Positions 27,151-41,225 are shown, counted from the stretch's first letter. The stretch: 64,000 bases of DNA from Glaucostegus cemiculus (GCA_976551045.1 CDPCPM010000016.1:8060001-8124000); one strand, 5' to 3'. A program made the numbers and translations. The notes: a model not told the origin generated them from the sequence alone.

Positions 27151-27484
27151 TGAGTGGCTGGAATCTGTGTGAAAACTATGAACTGTTTACTCAAGGGACA
27201 TATACAAATCATAACTGAAGTTATCTATAGTTTAGTAATTTGAATAACATGACTTGTAATGAACACATTGACATAAATATTTTGTATTATATACACCTAA
27301 GATCTCTGGGTTTAGGTAAGTGAAATGTGCTCTAAATGAGTAAATAAACATCCTACATCAGTTCAAGATAAGCACCAGTAGAGCCATGGAAACATCAGCC
27401 TACCTTCTCAAATGACTTATGCTAAAGAAAGAAATATCCTATTTACTTAGCAAAAACTTGACACATCTCTGATTTTACCTTAGA

Positions 27485-27885
27485 TCTATAATCTTTGAAG
27501 TTTAGAAGAATGAGGGATGACCTTACAGAAACATTTAAGATCCTCAAGGGGCATGACATGTTAGTTGTCAAGATGTTTGCACCAGTGGGAGAATCTTGAA
27601 CAAGGAGAAATAGTTATAAGATTAGTGGGCTGTCATTTAAAACAGAGGTACACAGGGTAACTTCTCACAGAGGACAGTGAATCTCTAGGGTTCTCTACCC
27701 CAGAGTTTTGTAGAGGCTGTATCATTTGGAGTATTTAAAGAGGAAGTAGATATTTTTTAAAAGAATTGAGGGCTATGGAGAACTGACAAAGAAGAGGAGA
27801 TGACACCTGTGGCAGATTGGCCATAATCACAGATTTGAGGGGTCGAGTGGCCAACTCCTGCTCCTATTTTCTTATGTTCTTTCAT
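27485..27885 (+). mobile_element. CR1 LINE 3' fragment
   Basis: SLKFRRMRDDLTETFKILKGHD remnant; tail CTCCTGCTCCTATTTTCTTATGTTCTT. Confidence 0.8.
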
Positions 27886-28226
27886 ACCATTTTTAGTTCA
27901 TGATAAATTAAGGGTGAAAAGTCCTGTCCAATGCAATGCTCAGCGAATTATACTATAATTTTGACAATAAGATGTTCTGCCTCTAATTTAAACCTCACTG
28001 ATTAAATTTTCTTTTTCTAGACTGTGCTGTCACACTTTATTACATGTATTATCTTAGGTTACTCCAAGGGCAAAATGCATGGGATCATATCTCTTGCATT
28101 AACTTTAGCTAAGGGGGGCGATGGAGAGGTGAAAAGTACAGAATGGTTGCAAGAATGAAATCATAAATATGTAACTTCGGTATTGTCAGGTTTCCAATTT
28201 CATCTTCATCGTTTTGTCTTCTATAG

Positions 28227-28361
28227 GTTTTACAGGAGACACTTTGCCCTACTTGGGACCAGTTGCTGGTGTTTGACAACATTGAGCTGTATGGTGAAGC
28301 ACAGGAACTAAGAGATGACCCTCCCATTGTGGTCATTGAAATTTATGACCAGGATACTGTG
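28227..28361 (+). CDS. OTOF: OTOF window exon 15 (135 nt), C2D
   Basis: ctatag|GTT...GTG|gtaag; encodes [45 protein letters not shown]. Confidence 0.96.
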
Positions 28362-28710
28362 GTAAGGAGCCCAGATACCTTTTGTTAAACAAAAAGTTGG
28401 ACATTCTAATTCCATAAAAAGTTTTAATATTGTAAACCACTGTGAAAATAGGTCATAAGTTCTCTCAATTAAATGAGAGTGTAATTCAGTACATGCATTT
28501 AAAGATTAGCATATACAATATCTGTTAGAATTCCCAAAGGTTCCCAGGAATTTGCTGCATGAACAGGAAAATGTCTTTCAACCAATGAAGTCTTTACTTC
28601 ACTGACATTATGGTATTTGATCTGTCTTAAATTCCACCCATGACCACTGAAGTGTACCCAATCTTATTTCATGCATTATTCATTCTTTAATCAGTTAGCC
28701 TCATTACTAT

Positions 28711-28936
28711 GAAGACACAAGAAAGACTGCAGATGCTGGAAATCTGGAGAAACACACAAAATGCTGGGGGAACTCAGCTGGTCAGGTAGCACCTAGGAGG
28801 GAAGTGGACAGTCAACATTTTGGGTCGAGACCTGCGTCCTGATGAAGGGCCTCGACTCGAAACTTCAACTATCCATTTCCCTCCATAGATGCTGCCAGAC
28901 CCATTGAGTTCCTCCAGCATTTTGTGTGATGCCTCC
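28711..28936. mobile_element. Palindromic Penelope-derived element with central minimal hammerhead motif
   Basis: ~80-nt inverted arms (28753-28832 / 28848-28928); centre GTC-CTGATGA-A-GGGC-CTCG-ACTC-GAAAC at 28836-28863. Confidence 0.85.
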
Positions 28937-29610
28937 TTAATATAATACTTCAATGATTTCAGAAACCAGGAATGACAAAAGAACTCAGCCATCACTCTGT
29001 GCTCTTTATCTTTGAAGCTCTTGACTCTATTCCTAATTAGGCATTCAGCCATTTTTTAAAGTAATGTCACTGCAGTATTAGCAAAGTGAAATTTGTTTCA
29101 GTAGTAGTTTCATTTATTTTCAATGTGAATTAGTGAATGAAAGTTGAAGATGATGCAAAATGAATAACCGTTTGCTCTTGCCCATTGGTGCCCTTCCCAA
29201 AGATCTTCACATCATGTTCCTTCTATGCCTCTTTACTTGCAGAACAGCTGATTCAAGCAGACCGCTTCTCAGAGGCAATCTTAATAAACCCAGGGCATGG
29301 TTTTGAGGCAGATAAATGTCCCTTTCATATCCATGATATTCCTTGCACTCTAACATTGATTGGACACTATTGCTATGGTCTTTTCCTTCCCCATCATTAT
29401 TTTGAATCTTTCCTTCAAGACATAAACACATTTATGTTTCTGTTCCAATGTTGCATTTACACTCATATACATCCACTATTCTATAAACCATTCTTTGAAC
29501 TCAGTCAGATTTTGGTGCCTGCTGTCATCTTATGTCCATGGGGATCCATGCAAGGGATATATACAATAATGTGGTTCATTTAAGAACAGTACACCAACCA
29601 ACCAAAATGA

Positions 29611-30423
29611 TGTCAGAACCATCCTGTTACAGTCTACTGACCATTGTGACTATGACTAAGCCACATGGAGAATGAAAATGGTAAAGGTAAAAGGTCTTTA
29701 TTCATCACAACAAGCAGGCGTTCTCTTGGAGACATTCTCAGTAGAGTCTCTCCAAACTCAAAGTACATCGTTTTTTTATACTCTTAAGAACAAAGATAAA
29801 CAGCAGGTAATTCAATAAAATTTCAATAGCTACAATGACATTGTTTACTTCAATATTTTATGTCCAATAAATAGTTCCATTGAAGTACATAATACCAATG
29901 GGACCACAGTTTAAATAACAAAGCACCTCTGAATGTTCAACACACCTTTCCTGAGGCAAAGAAATTCACATGGATGGTCCAGGAGCTTCTGAGGACCCAA
30001 ACACCCAAAATTAGTGTTGTGGAGGCTCTCTCTCTGGGTACACAGTCATCCCAATTATTGATAGAACAAATATGCCTATGACCATGTTTGATGTGCTAAG
30101 TGACAAAATAAGTCTGATCTGGAACCACCTTTAATGTCAGTCACAATGATGCAAGATAACTTAACTGAAGGTGTCTGAAGCCTGGTTTTGATATAGGCCA
30201 ATTTCTTATACCCCCATTGTCTTACATTTGGCTGGTGCATATGATAATATCTCAGGGTAATGTCAGTTTGCAAACCAGATTTGCTGTGGGCAGAGCTGTG
30301 CTGTGTAAAGAGTACTGTTTGTTTACAAAGCTATCCATTTAATTTCAAAACTGATTGCTGCTTATTGGTTTAGATTTGTAGAGTTTTTTTAAAGACAAGT
30401 TCTCATTTCTATTAATGCCTACA
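29611..30423 (-). mobile_element. Possible solo LTR (ERV-like), antisense to OTOF
   Basis: TG...CA bounds; on the minus strand CCAAT (30368-30364), TATAAAA (29780-29774), a hairpin, then AATAAA (29702-29697) in U3-R-U5 order; no convincing target-site duplication. Confidence 0.4.
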
Positions 30424-31499
30424 AACTACATAATTCCTGGAGGATAATCTTTGTCTAACAATCTTCAATATGGACCAATGGAATAAAAAAAGGACTATAT
30501 AGTACATTCCATCATGAAAATAAAACAACTTAACTATGTTAAATAATATATTAGGATAGATGACCTTGGATTGTGCATTTTGAGATGAGAATGATATACC
30601 ATATTATCACTTTGGTTCAACATTTACTATCTTCCTGATAAGACCCTTGTAAGCTTTGATTTCCATGTACTGATATTAATAAATAAGGGCTGATTATATG
30701 TTTTTGCTTTTTTTTTCTCTCTTATTCACTCTATTGCTGGATGCCTTGTGCACCATGGGCTAAGTAGAGTTTGCATTGTTCAGGTTTGCTGTAGTTTGAA
30801 TAGCATTAGAAAAGATTTTCATTAGATTAGGTAGCTCACTGTAAAATGATGCAACAACCAGAATTTCTGTCTGTTATGTTCCTACTATAATTCAAGTGAA
30901 AACAGTATTGCACCTTTAAGTCCATAGCTATATATTTTGTGCAGTAAAAACATGTATACTAGTGCTAAACAAATATTAAGAGTGTTACATGCTGCTTTAA
31001 CATGATATTCCTGTCAAGCACATTCTGCTTTATTTTCATCTAATTTTCAAATTGAATTTCATTCAATATTTAAATCACCAATACATTATATTTTTGATTG
31101 ATTTCTCATGACTTCTGCTGTGCTCAGTGGAACAGGAGGCAAATCCAGCAGCCAAACATTTAGCACCTATGAGTGATATAACTAGCCTAGATTATTTTGT
31201 GGGTTAATTGTTTACACCACAATCTATATATTCCTTGTTGTACCATCACCACCAAGCCTGACATAGATATGGCTGCTAAGAGCAGCATGTGATGTTTTTA
31301 GTCTGGGGCTATCAATGCTGTGAAACTGCCTGACAAAGCTATCTACATGGCAAGCAACATACAGTATACATAGATGTATGTAGACCTATGGCTAAACAAG
31401 TAGACTCTATAACTGTTCTATGTGCAAAACTCAAGGTGCTTCCCAATTTTTCTTCCAAATGTCCCAGCTCCAACTTAAGGATCAAGTCCTCCTGTTCTG

Positions 31500-33000
31500 A
31501 ATTCCCCCCCCCACCCCCCACCAGAAGGAATATCTTTTTTCTACATAAATACTATTGAATCCTTTTATCATTTGAAACACCTCATGCATCAACCTTCTGA
31601 ACTGAAGGGGATACCAGCCATATTTATGCATTCTATCCTCTTATCATAACCTTTTAGACATACCTCTAGTAAATATTTGTGCTCTTTCCTGTCAAGGCCA
31701 ATATAACTAACCTAAGATTTGGAGTCCACAAAAATACATATATTCTGAAAGGGAAATGAACAAAGTTCTATGCAACTGAAACGTCACATCCTACATTGAG
31801 TTCTAACTCCCTTAAGGAAAAGACCAATATTCCATTATGATTATTTATTTTACTTGACTGCTAGCTTTGGTGGTTTGCGTACATGACATCTAAATGCCTT
31901 TGGTCTTCCAGAATTCCTGGCTTCCTTCCATTAGAGAAGTTCATTATTGTGATATCTACAGTGGATGAATGAAGTCCATCTGCTATACCTTTGTCTACTT
32001 ACCTAATCTATTTTCCTTTGGAACTTATCGACACAACTCACTGTGCTTCCTAACATTGTGTCCACTGAAAACCAACTTGTACAATCATACAAATTAGCAG
32101 CAGAACACCATTTGGCCCTTTTACCCCCTTTCAAGAATCTTTCTACTTCTGCATTATAAAATATTCAACGATTCAGCTTCCTTCACATTTGAGGAAGAGT
32201 ATTCCAAAGACTCTCAACCCACTGAGAGAAAAATCGTCACCTCATCTCTGCCTTAAATGGGCAGCCCTTTATTTTTGAACAGTGTCCTCTCATTTTAGAT
32301 TCACAAACAAGAGGAAATGCCCTATCCAGTCCATCCTATCAATGACCCTTGGGGTCTTATCAATTTGCCTCTGCTAAACACCAGCAAATACAACCCTGTC
32401 TATTCTACCTTGCCTCAGACAACCTGCCCATTCCAGGAGTGTTTAGTAAATCATCTCCAAACTGCAACACATTTGCATCCTTCCTTAAATAAGGAAATCA
32501 GTACTGTATATTGTACTCCTGATGTGGTCCTACAGTGCTTTACATATCTTAAGCATAACCTCCCTGCTTTGTATATTCTACTGCCCCAGCAATAAATAAA
32601 ACATTGTTCACTGCATCTTCATCTTAGCCTTTTGTGACTCATGCACCAGGACATCTATATCATTATGAACGTCAGACCTCTGCAATTGATACCATTTGAG
32701 TAACGTGCTTGTGTTTTATTTTTCCTAGCAAAGTGCACAGTTTCACCTTTTCACACATAATGTTCCCTTTGGCACACCTTTGACCACCCATTAAATCTGT
32801 CTACATCTCTGTATTTGCGAGATTGCTTATGTTTAATTCATAACTACCGTTCCAATCTATCTTTGTACCATCAACAAATTTAGCAACCATACATCTGGTG
32901 CCATCTTCTTTTCCTACCTCCCAGTCAATGGAGTTTACGATTTACATTGAGGCCTCAGAAAAGATCTTGATGGAACACCACATCCTGCCGATCAAAAGAC
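31500..33000 (-). mobile_element. Old CR1 LINE fragments (probably two)
   Basis: Typical CR1 antisense motifs such as GAAGAGTATTCCAAAGACTCTCAACCCACTGAGAGAAAAAT, CTTTGTACCATCAACAAATTTAGC and TCCTTAAATAAGGAAATCAGTACTGTATA. Confidence 0.6.
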
Positions 33001-33290
33001 AAATCTCAATTCTGTCACCTCCCTTCTAACTAATTACTGACCCCTGCCTCAAGGTTTCCTCCAGGAGTGACATCCTTTGTCATTGTGACTGGATCATTAC
33101 TCTGGAATTCCAGACATAACATTACTTTGGCGATACAAATCACCACAAGCAATGTAGCAGAGTAAAGGACAGGCATATGGGCAACTAAGGTATGCAATAA
33201 ATATAGCCTTGCCAGCATCACCCAACTGATGAGATCAATTGCGAATATCCAAAATGGTTGATGGAAATATCACAAAAGCCTTTGGCTGTA

Positions 33291-33543
33291 ATTTATTTAT
33301 TTATTATTTATTTACAGCGTGGTAACAGGCCCTTTCGGCCCAACGAGTCCGCGCTGCCCATTTTAAACCCCCAAATTAACCTACCCATACGTCTTTCAGA
33401 ATGTGGGAGGAAACCAGGGCACCTGGAGGAAACCCACACAGACACGGGAGAACGTACAAACTCCTTACAGTCAGCGACAGGAATCGAACCCCGATCACTG
33501 GCGCTGTAACAGCGTCGCACTAACCGCTACGCTATTGTGCTGC
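33291..33543 (-). mobile_element. Young tRNA-derived V-SINE
   Basis: Minus strand has A-box TAGCGTAGCGG, B-box GGTTCGATTCC, V-domain GTGTGGGTTTCCTCCAGGTGCCCTGGTTTCCTCCCACATTC and tail GGGCCGAAAGGGCCTG...(TAAA)n; many CpGs retained. Confidence 0.85.
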
Positions 33544-34202
33544 AAGCTTCCTACTATGTAGTTTCACTATTTTTATCCATGCTGAGCAATCCATGCTGAT
33601 GTTTTATTTTCATGTGAAGGCAGATTCCAGATCAAATATGATGCTCCCTTCATGTTGCTCGTGATTGTTTAGTTATCTAGAAATAGGTGATTGAATCAGT
33701 CACTAGACTGTGCAGAGAGTTGACAGATGCATGGAAGGAAGACCAGGGGTAAAATGGGGAAAAAATGGATTAAAACAAAGCAATTTGTTTCTTTTTCTTC
33801 TGAGGAGTATCACGTTAAAGACTGGTTAACGGTTCTTAAGTTAAATAACATTTTCTGTAGCAATCATAACTTTAATTTGTCAACTGTTAGTTTACCTCTG
33901 CAACAATATTTTCTGTTCTGCATGTCATCAGGATAGACTTGAATCTCTCAAAAAGAGTATTCCATTGATGACGTTACAAATCTTTAAAATGAGTGTTCTC
34001 ACAAAATCTTTACTAGCTGTGAGCATTTGCTCACACCATGAAAATCTGTCTTCTTTTGAAGATTCCCAGTATTATTTGAAAACTCCATATTAGCTACATG
34101 ATCTCTCCAGTCAATCTGTATTGTAAATAATTATTTAACATTTACCAAACAAAACAGATGAAGTGCCCAATGTCCATCTAACCAGTTGCAACACAATGAC
34201 AT

Positions 34203-34430
34203 TGCAGTTATGTTACTGGACCAACAACCCAAATAAGAAGTCAGGCACATATTGGCAACTGGAGAACTTAAAATCAGTTAATAAAATAAATCTGAAATAA
34301 AATGCTCATGTAATGAAACTACTTGATAGTCATAAATATATCTGTCTAGTTTACTTGTGTCCTTTAGAGATTGAAACCTGCCATTGTACTGTGACTTCAG
34401 ACCAGTAGTAATATGGTTGAGTTTTGACAA
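34203..34430 (+). mobile_element. Decayed SINE, possibly MetaSINE-type
   Basis: TCTAGTTTACTTGTGTCCTTTAGAGATTGAAACCTGCC...GTGACTTCAGACC...ATATGGTTGAG resembles the recalled core GGTTCACTAATGTCCTTTAGGGAAGGAAATCTGCC. Confidence 0.4.
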
Positions 34431-34499
34431 GGCAGGCAATTACTCTGCTCCAATATGGCATCGGATTCCAAGATGTCCCATACTCAGTTAGCACCTGGC

Positions 34500-34625
34500 A
34501 AAAGTAGAATACTGCAGCTGCTATAATTCTGAACTAAAAATAGAGAATGCTGGAAATACTCAGTAGATCAGCCAACACTTTCAGAGAAAGAAACAGGAGC
34601 TTGTGTTTCAAATCCATGACCTTTT
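34500..34625 (-). mobile_element. Single arm of the Penelope-derived palindromic family
   Basis: ACTGCAGCTGCTATAATTCTGAACTAAAAATAGAGAATGCTGGAAATACTCAG matches the left arms at ~5520 and ~61180. Confidence 0.55.
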
Positions 34626-34639
34626 ATCCTTTATTATCA

Positions 34640-35560
34640 TCACCATCACCAACCCTGTGCACATCCTGTCAAACGGTGATAGAGAGGAACCATAGTAGTA
34701 CACAGTCATGGAACTTGTCAAGGTTCACTCCCAGGCTCAGGAAGTTCTATGTCATCAACTCAAAGGTGGTTCCGGTTATCACCTGCAGCCCACTAATGAA
34801 TCAGCACTACCCAATTTTGAACATTATTTGGAAGAAGTGGTGAGAGCAAACAGTGGGATATTCAACCTGGCCAGCTCAGCCTTAAAGGACACCACCCCTA
34901 GAATGGATCTGCAGCACGTGGAGATAGAAACAACAGAAGGAACCAATCTACCTGTTCCAGATCCATTTCTCCATGACAGGATTGGCAGGAATAAAAAAAC
35001 ATTGCACAGTCATTGTGAAGATGACACCCCATCTTCATAATAAGGAGACCTTCCATCAGCATCTCTGCTGTGCTGGATGGGTCTGTCAGCTGATTCTAAA
35101 AATCCATTAAATGCTGTGAACTGTCAGTAGCAGAGGGACTATTGTCTATCACAATCTTTTATTTTATGGCCCACCTTGCTCTTCCCTCAATCAATGCATT
35201 TGTTGGTAAGCACCATTGATCACCTACACATTCACTTACTCGTTCAACATCTTGCCTGGGCTTCTTTTACAATACTTCCCATACCTAGTGACCTCAGTCA
35301 CCTCAAAGGGCAAAGGCAGCGAGCAGAATGGATTTCCACCACCTCCAGATTTCTTTCCTAGGCATTCTTGGTTTAGAAAACAAAACACATTTCCTTCATT
35401 GCCAGTTCTTAATTATCCTACTGTTCAAGTTCCTGGGACCACTCATGTGCATCTTCACCACGTGAACTGCAGTAGCCCAAGATGGCAGCTGACCATTGAA
35501 GGATTGGTAACAAATGTTGACCTTGCCACTGACATCAATATCCTGTGAATGAATTTTAAA
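34640..35560 (+). mobile_element. Internally deleted LINE (endonuclease remnant joined to 3' end), same family as 7975-8680
   Basis: ORF 34708-35040 (ESALPNFEHYLEEVVR...TNLPVPDPFLHDRIGR) resembles an APE-endonuclease region; 3' tail CAAATGTTGACCTTGCCACTGAC...GAATGAAT. Confidence 0.5.
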
Positions 35561-36096
35561 ATGTCAAGGCTTGTTTGTTACTTTGAGGCAGTTTGCAAGA
35601 CTAATATAAATAAAACTTAGGCCAATGATGCAAGGAACAAATTGTTATGGTAATTCAGTAAAAGTAAACCAATGGAATAATTATTTTTGAGAAAATTCAG
35701 AGTGTTTGAGTTTCTGAGTTTTAAAGGACTTTAGACAATCTGTAGATACGGATCATTTTACAGAACATTATGACTTTGGTTAACCCTGCCACTAACTTTT
35801 CCATCTTATGAACACAATGAAATGCCAAACAAAACAGCCTTCAAAGTTTGACATAGACCCGGTAAGAACAATTTTAAAATTAATATTTGATGTTTACAGT
35901 AGTCATATAGTAGAGTGGTAGAAGAAATAGACAATAGAAATATTTCTATAATATAACAGATGTTACAGACAAGGATTCCCAGAACAATTGTAAAAATCAA
36001 AAACAGTAATCTAATGTGTTCTGAAAACAAACTATAACATCCAAGTTCCTGTTAACCCCTGTGGACCATGTTGTAGGGCATTCAGCCCTCTCTTGA

Positions 36097-36456
<360 letters not shown>

Positions 36457-37754
36457 TAGGGCAGAGTTTCTTTGTAATTTTCCTCTCTAACTAAATATTT
36501 TTGTGATAGGCTATGGTGCAGGAGGAAACAATAGCTTAAGCAATAGATTTCAACCAGATCTTTGTCAGTGCATCATCATAACTGTCTCCAAGATGATATC
36601 TTGCTGCAATGAATCAAAATCAAAGTTACTTTGTTCTGCCAGCCTCGAGGAGAAGACCAGTTACATTGCTGGTGGCCTCTTTTGGCTGAGCACTTGAGAG
36701 TAAAGCTTCCAGATGTTGCAGCTCTCCATTTCATTGTCAAACTTAGGATTCGTGCCACGTTCTGGGAAAACAAAGGCCCAGCAATTGCACTAACCCACTA
36801 GAGCCACGCTATGTGTTTGATGCATAGGGAAAATCAATGATCACGGCTTCAGACATGACTGAATTTGCATAATAGATTTCCCTTCCCACAGTGGGAAGTG
36901 CATAAGAGGAAGATGCACTGAGATCCCTGCTGACTGATTCCTTTGCTGATTTCCATAAAACTATTGTTTCTAGTTACCAACCCTCCAGTAGTGGAAACGC
37001 TTTCACTTAATTTACCTACTCGGAAGTTTTCATGCTATTGCGTGCCTCTGTGAACCGATGTGTGAGGTTGGATGGTTCTTGTAGGATCTAGGATTAGTTC
37101 CGTTACTGAAGTGCTGTTAAGGATAAACCATACTATTTTTAACTTGCAGTCTACCTGCAGAAGTAAAGGACGGGTCATACTGGCCAATGACATCATTTCT
37201 CATCTGAACTGTCATAAAAACAGGGATGGAAGCAGTAGAAAGAACTAAAATAGATAATGGTTGAAGAATAGAGTACCAAATTTGAATAACTTTAGCAACA
37301 GAGTAGGCAAAACCTGATGGCACACCTGTTCTTGCATCAGGCAATCCTCCCAGAGATTGATACTGAAATTAGAATCATGAAAATGATTTGTCTATGATTT
37401 GTCTACCATTGGTTTGTCAACCTCCCTATTTGAAAGGCATTGCCTTGTATTCTGTGGAACATGTTATCATGCACCTCTGAGAGGCTCCAGTTTACTGAAA
37501 CAGGAAGGGGATTTCAGTAATATTGCAAATATTCATTTATTTAATAAGTAGTTTTGAATGAAAGACAGGAATGTAGGAGATGCAACCTGAAACATTCATG
37601 TAATTTAAAATTGCCAGATAAAGCACTTTACATTCAGAAGGCTAAATATGTCATTCAGTGATTTTGCCAGTCTGGAGTGTGATGCAGAATCTGAGATGCA
37701 GCAGTTCTTCTTTATTTAGCTCAGACTGTATTCTCAGATCTTCATTTTTGCTGA

Positions 37755-37919
<165 letters not shown>

Positions 37920-38584
37920 TAGGAGTTTGTCATTGTCAGAACAACATATTAAATGGACAATCATATCACAGTCTGATGAGCATTTAGGTTCCAGCCCTTT
38001 TGTCCTGAGAGCATGAAAGGTCAACCACGTTGTAGGATAGACAGGATGCAAATGCCAGATGTTAGTGAAGCATGTTAGCCTTCCAGTTAGGATTTTCATA
38101 GAAACACAGAAATATACAGAACAGAAGGAAGCCATTCAGCCCATTGCGTCCATGCAGGTCAAGAATGAGCAACCTGATCTAATTTTGCTTCCCAGATCTA
38201 ATAAACCAGCAATTTTCAGCACAAAATCAGATACAAGGGGAATGACATTTATACGATTTAGCAGGAGCTCGTGAGGTAGGACAGAGAAGTGGACAATGTT
38301 ATATGTGCATTAGCACAAACCGAACCATTGTCCTGATGCCACTGGGAAGAATACGATGTGCTATTGCACACAAAGAGAGAATGTGAGCTTGTTCCGACAG
38401 TTCTATTTTCAAACTCGAGTGGACTGTTCCAGGAAAAAGACTTGAGCAATTCTCCAGTGGGAGGAACTGAAAGCTGGAAATGAATCAGACGTCTCTCGCT
38501 AAAGCAGGAACGTCATCTCTCTGGTCTCCCTGGGGAGAAATGTATGCGCACCAAATTATGTAATGAACAAAGGGCCTACTTTAA

Positions 38585-38672
38585 CATCAATCTGAAACAT
38601 TAATTCTGTTTCTCCCTCCACAGATGCAGCCTAACTTGTTGAGTACCTGGAGCATTTTCTGCCTTTATTTCC
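38585..38672 (+). mobile_element. Single arm of the Penelope-derived palindromic family
   Basis: CTGAAACATTAATTCTGTTTCTCCCTCCACAGATGCAGCCTAACTTGTTGAGTACCTGGAGCATTTTCTG. Confidence 0.65.
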
Positions 38673-38930
38673 TGCTTTATCTTTGATCTTCAATAACTAT
38701 TGGTTCCAGGTGATGAAATGCACATTTGACCTCCCTGAATAAATAAAATGGCTACAATAGAAGCCTGAAGTCTAATTGGTCAAGTGCATTGAACACAGCC
38801 TCATCTAAACCATCCTGCAAGAAGAGCTCCAATCTTCAAGGACATTTTTCTCTGTTTTCACAAAACTCTAAATATTGCTTTTGTTGATGGACATATAGAT
38901 GAAGTAATTTTCCTCTTTTATTCCCTGCAG

Positions 38931-39092
38931 ATTCTCTTCTGGGGTCTGAGAGATCTCAAGCGTGTGAACCTGGCACAAGTTGACAGACCGCGAGTTGACA
39001 TTGAATGTGCTGGAAAGGGTGTGCAGTCTGCGCTCATTCAAAACTACAAGAAAAATCCAAATTTCAGCACATTAGTCAAGTATTTTGAAGTG
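38931..39092 (+). CDS. OTOF: OTOF window exon 18 (162 nt), C2de
   Basis: ctgcag|ATT...GTG|gtgag; encodes [54 protein letters not shown]. Confidence 0.96.
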
Positions 39093-40994
39093 GTGAGGAC
39101 TGACTATTGCAGTTGTGCATGCTTTAAGTATGGGTAGTATCATCAGCTGTAATGGCAGCTGCATAATATGTACCATCTTCCCAATTTAGTTCCATCCACT
39201 TTATTAGAGCTGAATTTCAGAAACAGGGTACAACATGCCACCATTCCCACGTTGTATTTTGTTTAAACAGACTGCAGATAATGGTCATTTACAGGTTTAA
39301 AATGAAGCAACAATATAAGCCATGAAAGTTGATTTTTCCCATGATTTTGCACTTAACTGTAGAAATTTGAGAAGATGGATAAATAAGTCTGTTAGCTCTG
39401 TCTTTGCCATGTTAGATGGTCACCGGTACTTCCTCTGCATCAGTCAGTGGAGCTAATTTACAGGGAAGACAAGATTGCAGCAAAACTGAGAGCAATTTCA
39501 GGAGAAACACTTGGAATTTTCTCACCAATTTACTCAAGCAAACTGAAAGGTACTGTGGTTACCCAGATGCATCACCAGGGCTTGCAATCTATCAGAAAAT
39601 CACTGGTGTATTGCTTGCAGTTTTTGCAGATGATGACCACAGGGTAACACAAAACTCAGCCTTGATTTCGTAGGTGTAGTGGAAATTCACCAAATTTCAT
39701 TGACAGAAAATTTGCCAACTCAAAATAAGTATGTTGGCAGAGCGAGCTACAAAATCCAGCAGAGATCCATAATTGAAATCCACCAAACTCATCAAGTGCG
39801 CAGTCAGAATGAATATTGTTTTGTCAATTGATTTTGAGATGAATCTTCCTTGAACCTTTGAGTTACAAGAATCTTTATTTTAGCGGAATTTTAAATCTTT
39901 CATTGTAATTGGAAAAAGTTAGTGGCCTGAAAAATCATCAGCATCTGCAGACATGGGTTAAACATTTGTTGCAATGTAGGCTGAATCAGGTTTCCTGACA
40001 AAGATCTGCCACTGCAAAACTCTACTGCACACAAGGCCCAAAGCCTCAGGTGCATTAGGATAGACCTGGTGCTTAATGGTCTTTCATTTACTCTTCCATA
40101 ATGGAGTGAGCAGAGAAAACCAGGGAGGTCATGAGTTTTAGGTTGATGGCTGCGGGTTGAGGTCCATTAGGGGGAGGGGGGAGAGTTGGTCATGAGATGG
40201 GCAAGAAAATTGGAAAAGCAGTGAGTGTGACCTGTCATTAGGTTTCAGTTTTAGATAGAATCATTTGGAGGATGGTGGTATTGGTTCTTGGGGGTTAAGA
40301 CGAAACACTGTCGGTGGGAAAAATCATGATCAACTTCAGCGGGGTAGTCAGCAAAATAATCAGGTTAGAATGTTCAGTTTGAGATTTGGCAGATTGAGGT
40401 GGCTTGAACAAAGTTGCATTTTTTCGAGGGGGAAATTTGGGGCTTGAGACAGTGTGATTCATTACAAGGGGCATCCACCTGCATCCATTTCCCAGAACAT
40501 AGCTCTATAGTTTGGGACCTGCTTAGGCAGGTTCCCATTAAGTATCACCGAAGCAGGACCCACATTGGTTTGCGTCTCTACTGACCATCAAGCACAAATT
40601 TACATTAATTCTACACTAATCCCATTTTATTCTCCCCACATTCCCATGAACTTATCTCCAGATTCCACTGTCAGCTGCATAGTACGAGCAATTTACCGTG
40701 GCCAATCAACCTGTCAACCTGCATGACTTTGGGGTACTATTGGGAACATACTGTGTATTGATGGTATTCGATCCATTGGGTGCTTCTGAATTGTCTCATC
40801 ATCCTTGAGAAGACCAGCACAGATGCCCCAGCCCACCTCAGTTTCAAAGAGAACTGCGGTTTAAACTAACTACATTGGTTTTCAGTGAAAATTGTGATGT
40901 TTGCATTAGTGTAACCATATGATACCTGCATTTTATTCTCTGGTATGGCAGCTGCACTGTTGTTCTTAATAATTATCTGTTCTGTTGCTTATAG

Positions 40995-41225
<231 letters not shown>

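Noticed and set aside
28753-28928. miRNA precursor, CRISPR repeat or Rho-independent terminator interpretation of the long hairpins
   Set aside because: Vertebrate intron context, dispersed multi-copy family, no repeat-spacer periodicity; better explained as Penelope-derived palindromes.
29185-29583. 132-aa intronic ORF
   Set aside because: No recognisable homology or splice signals; composition fits decayed repeat or intron.
33470-33543. tRNA gene on the minus strand (A and B boxes)
   Set aside because: It continues directly into a SINE central domain and LINE-type tail; it is a SINE head with no full cloverleaf.
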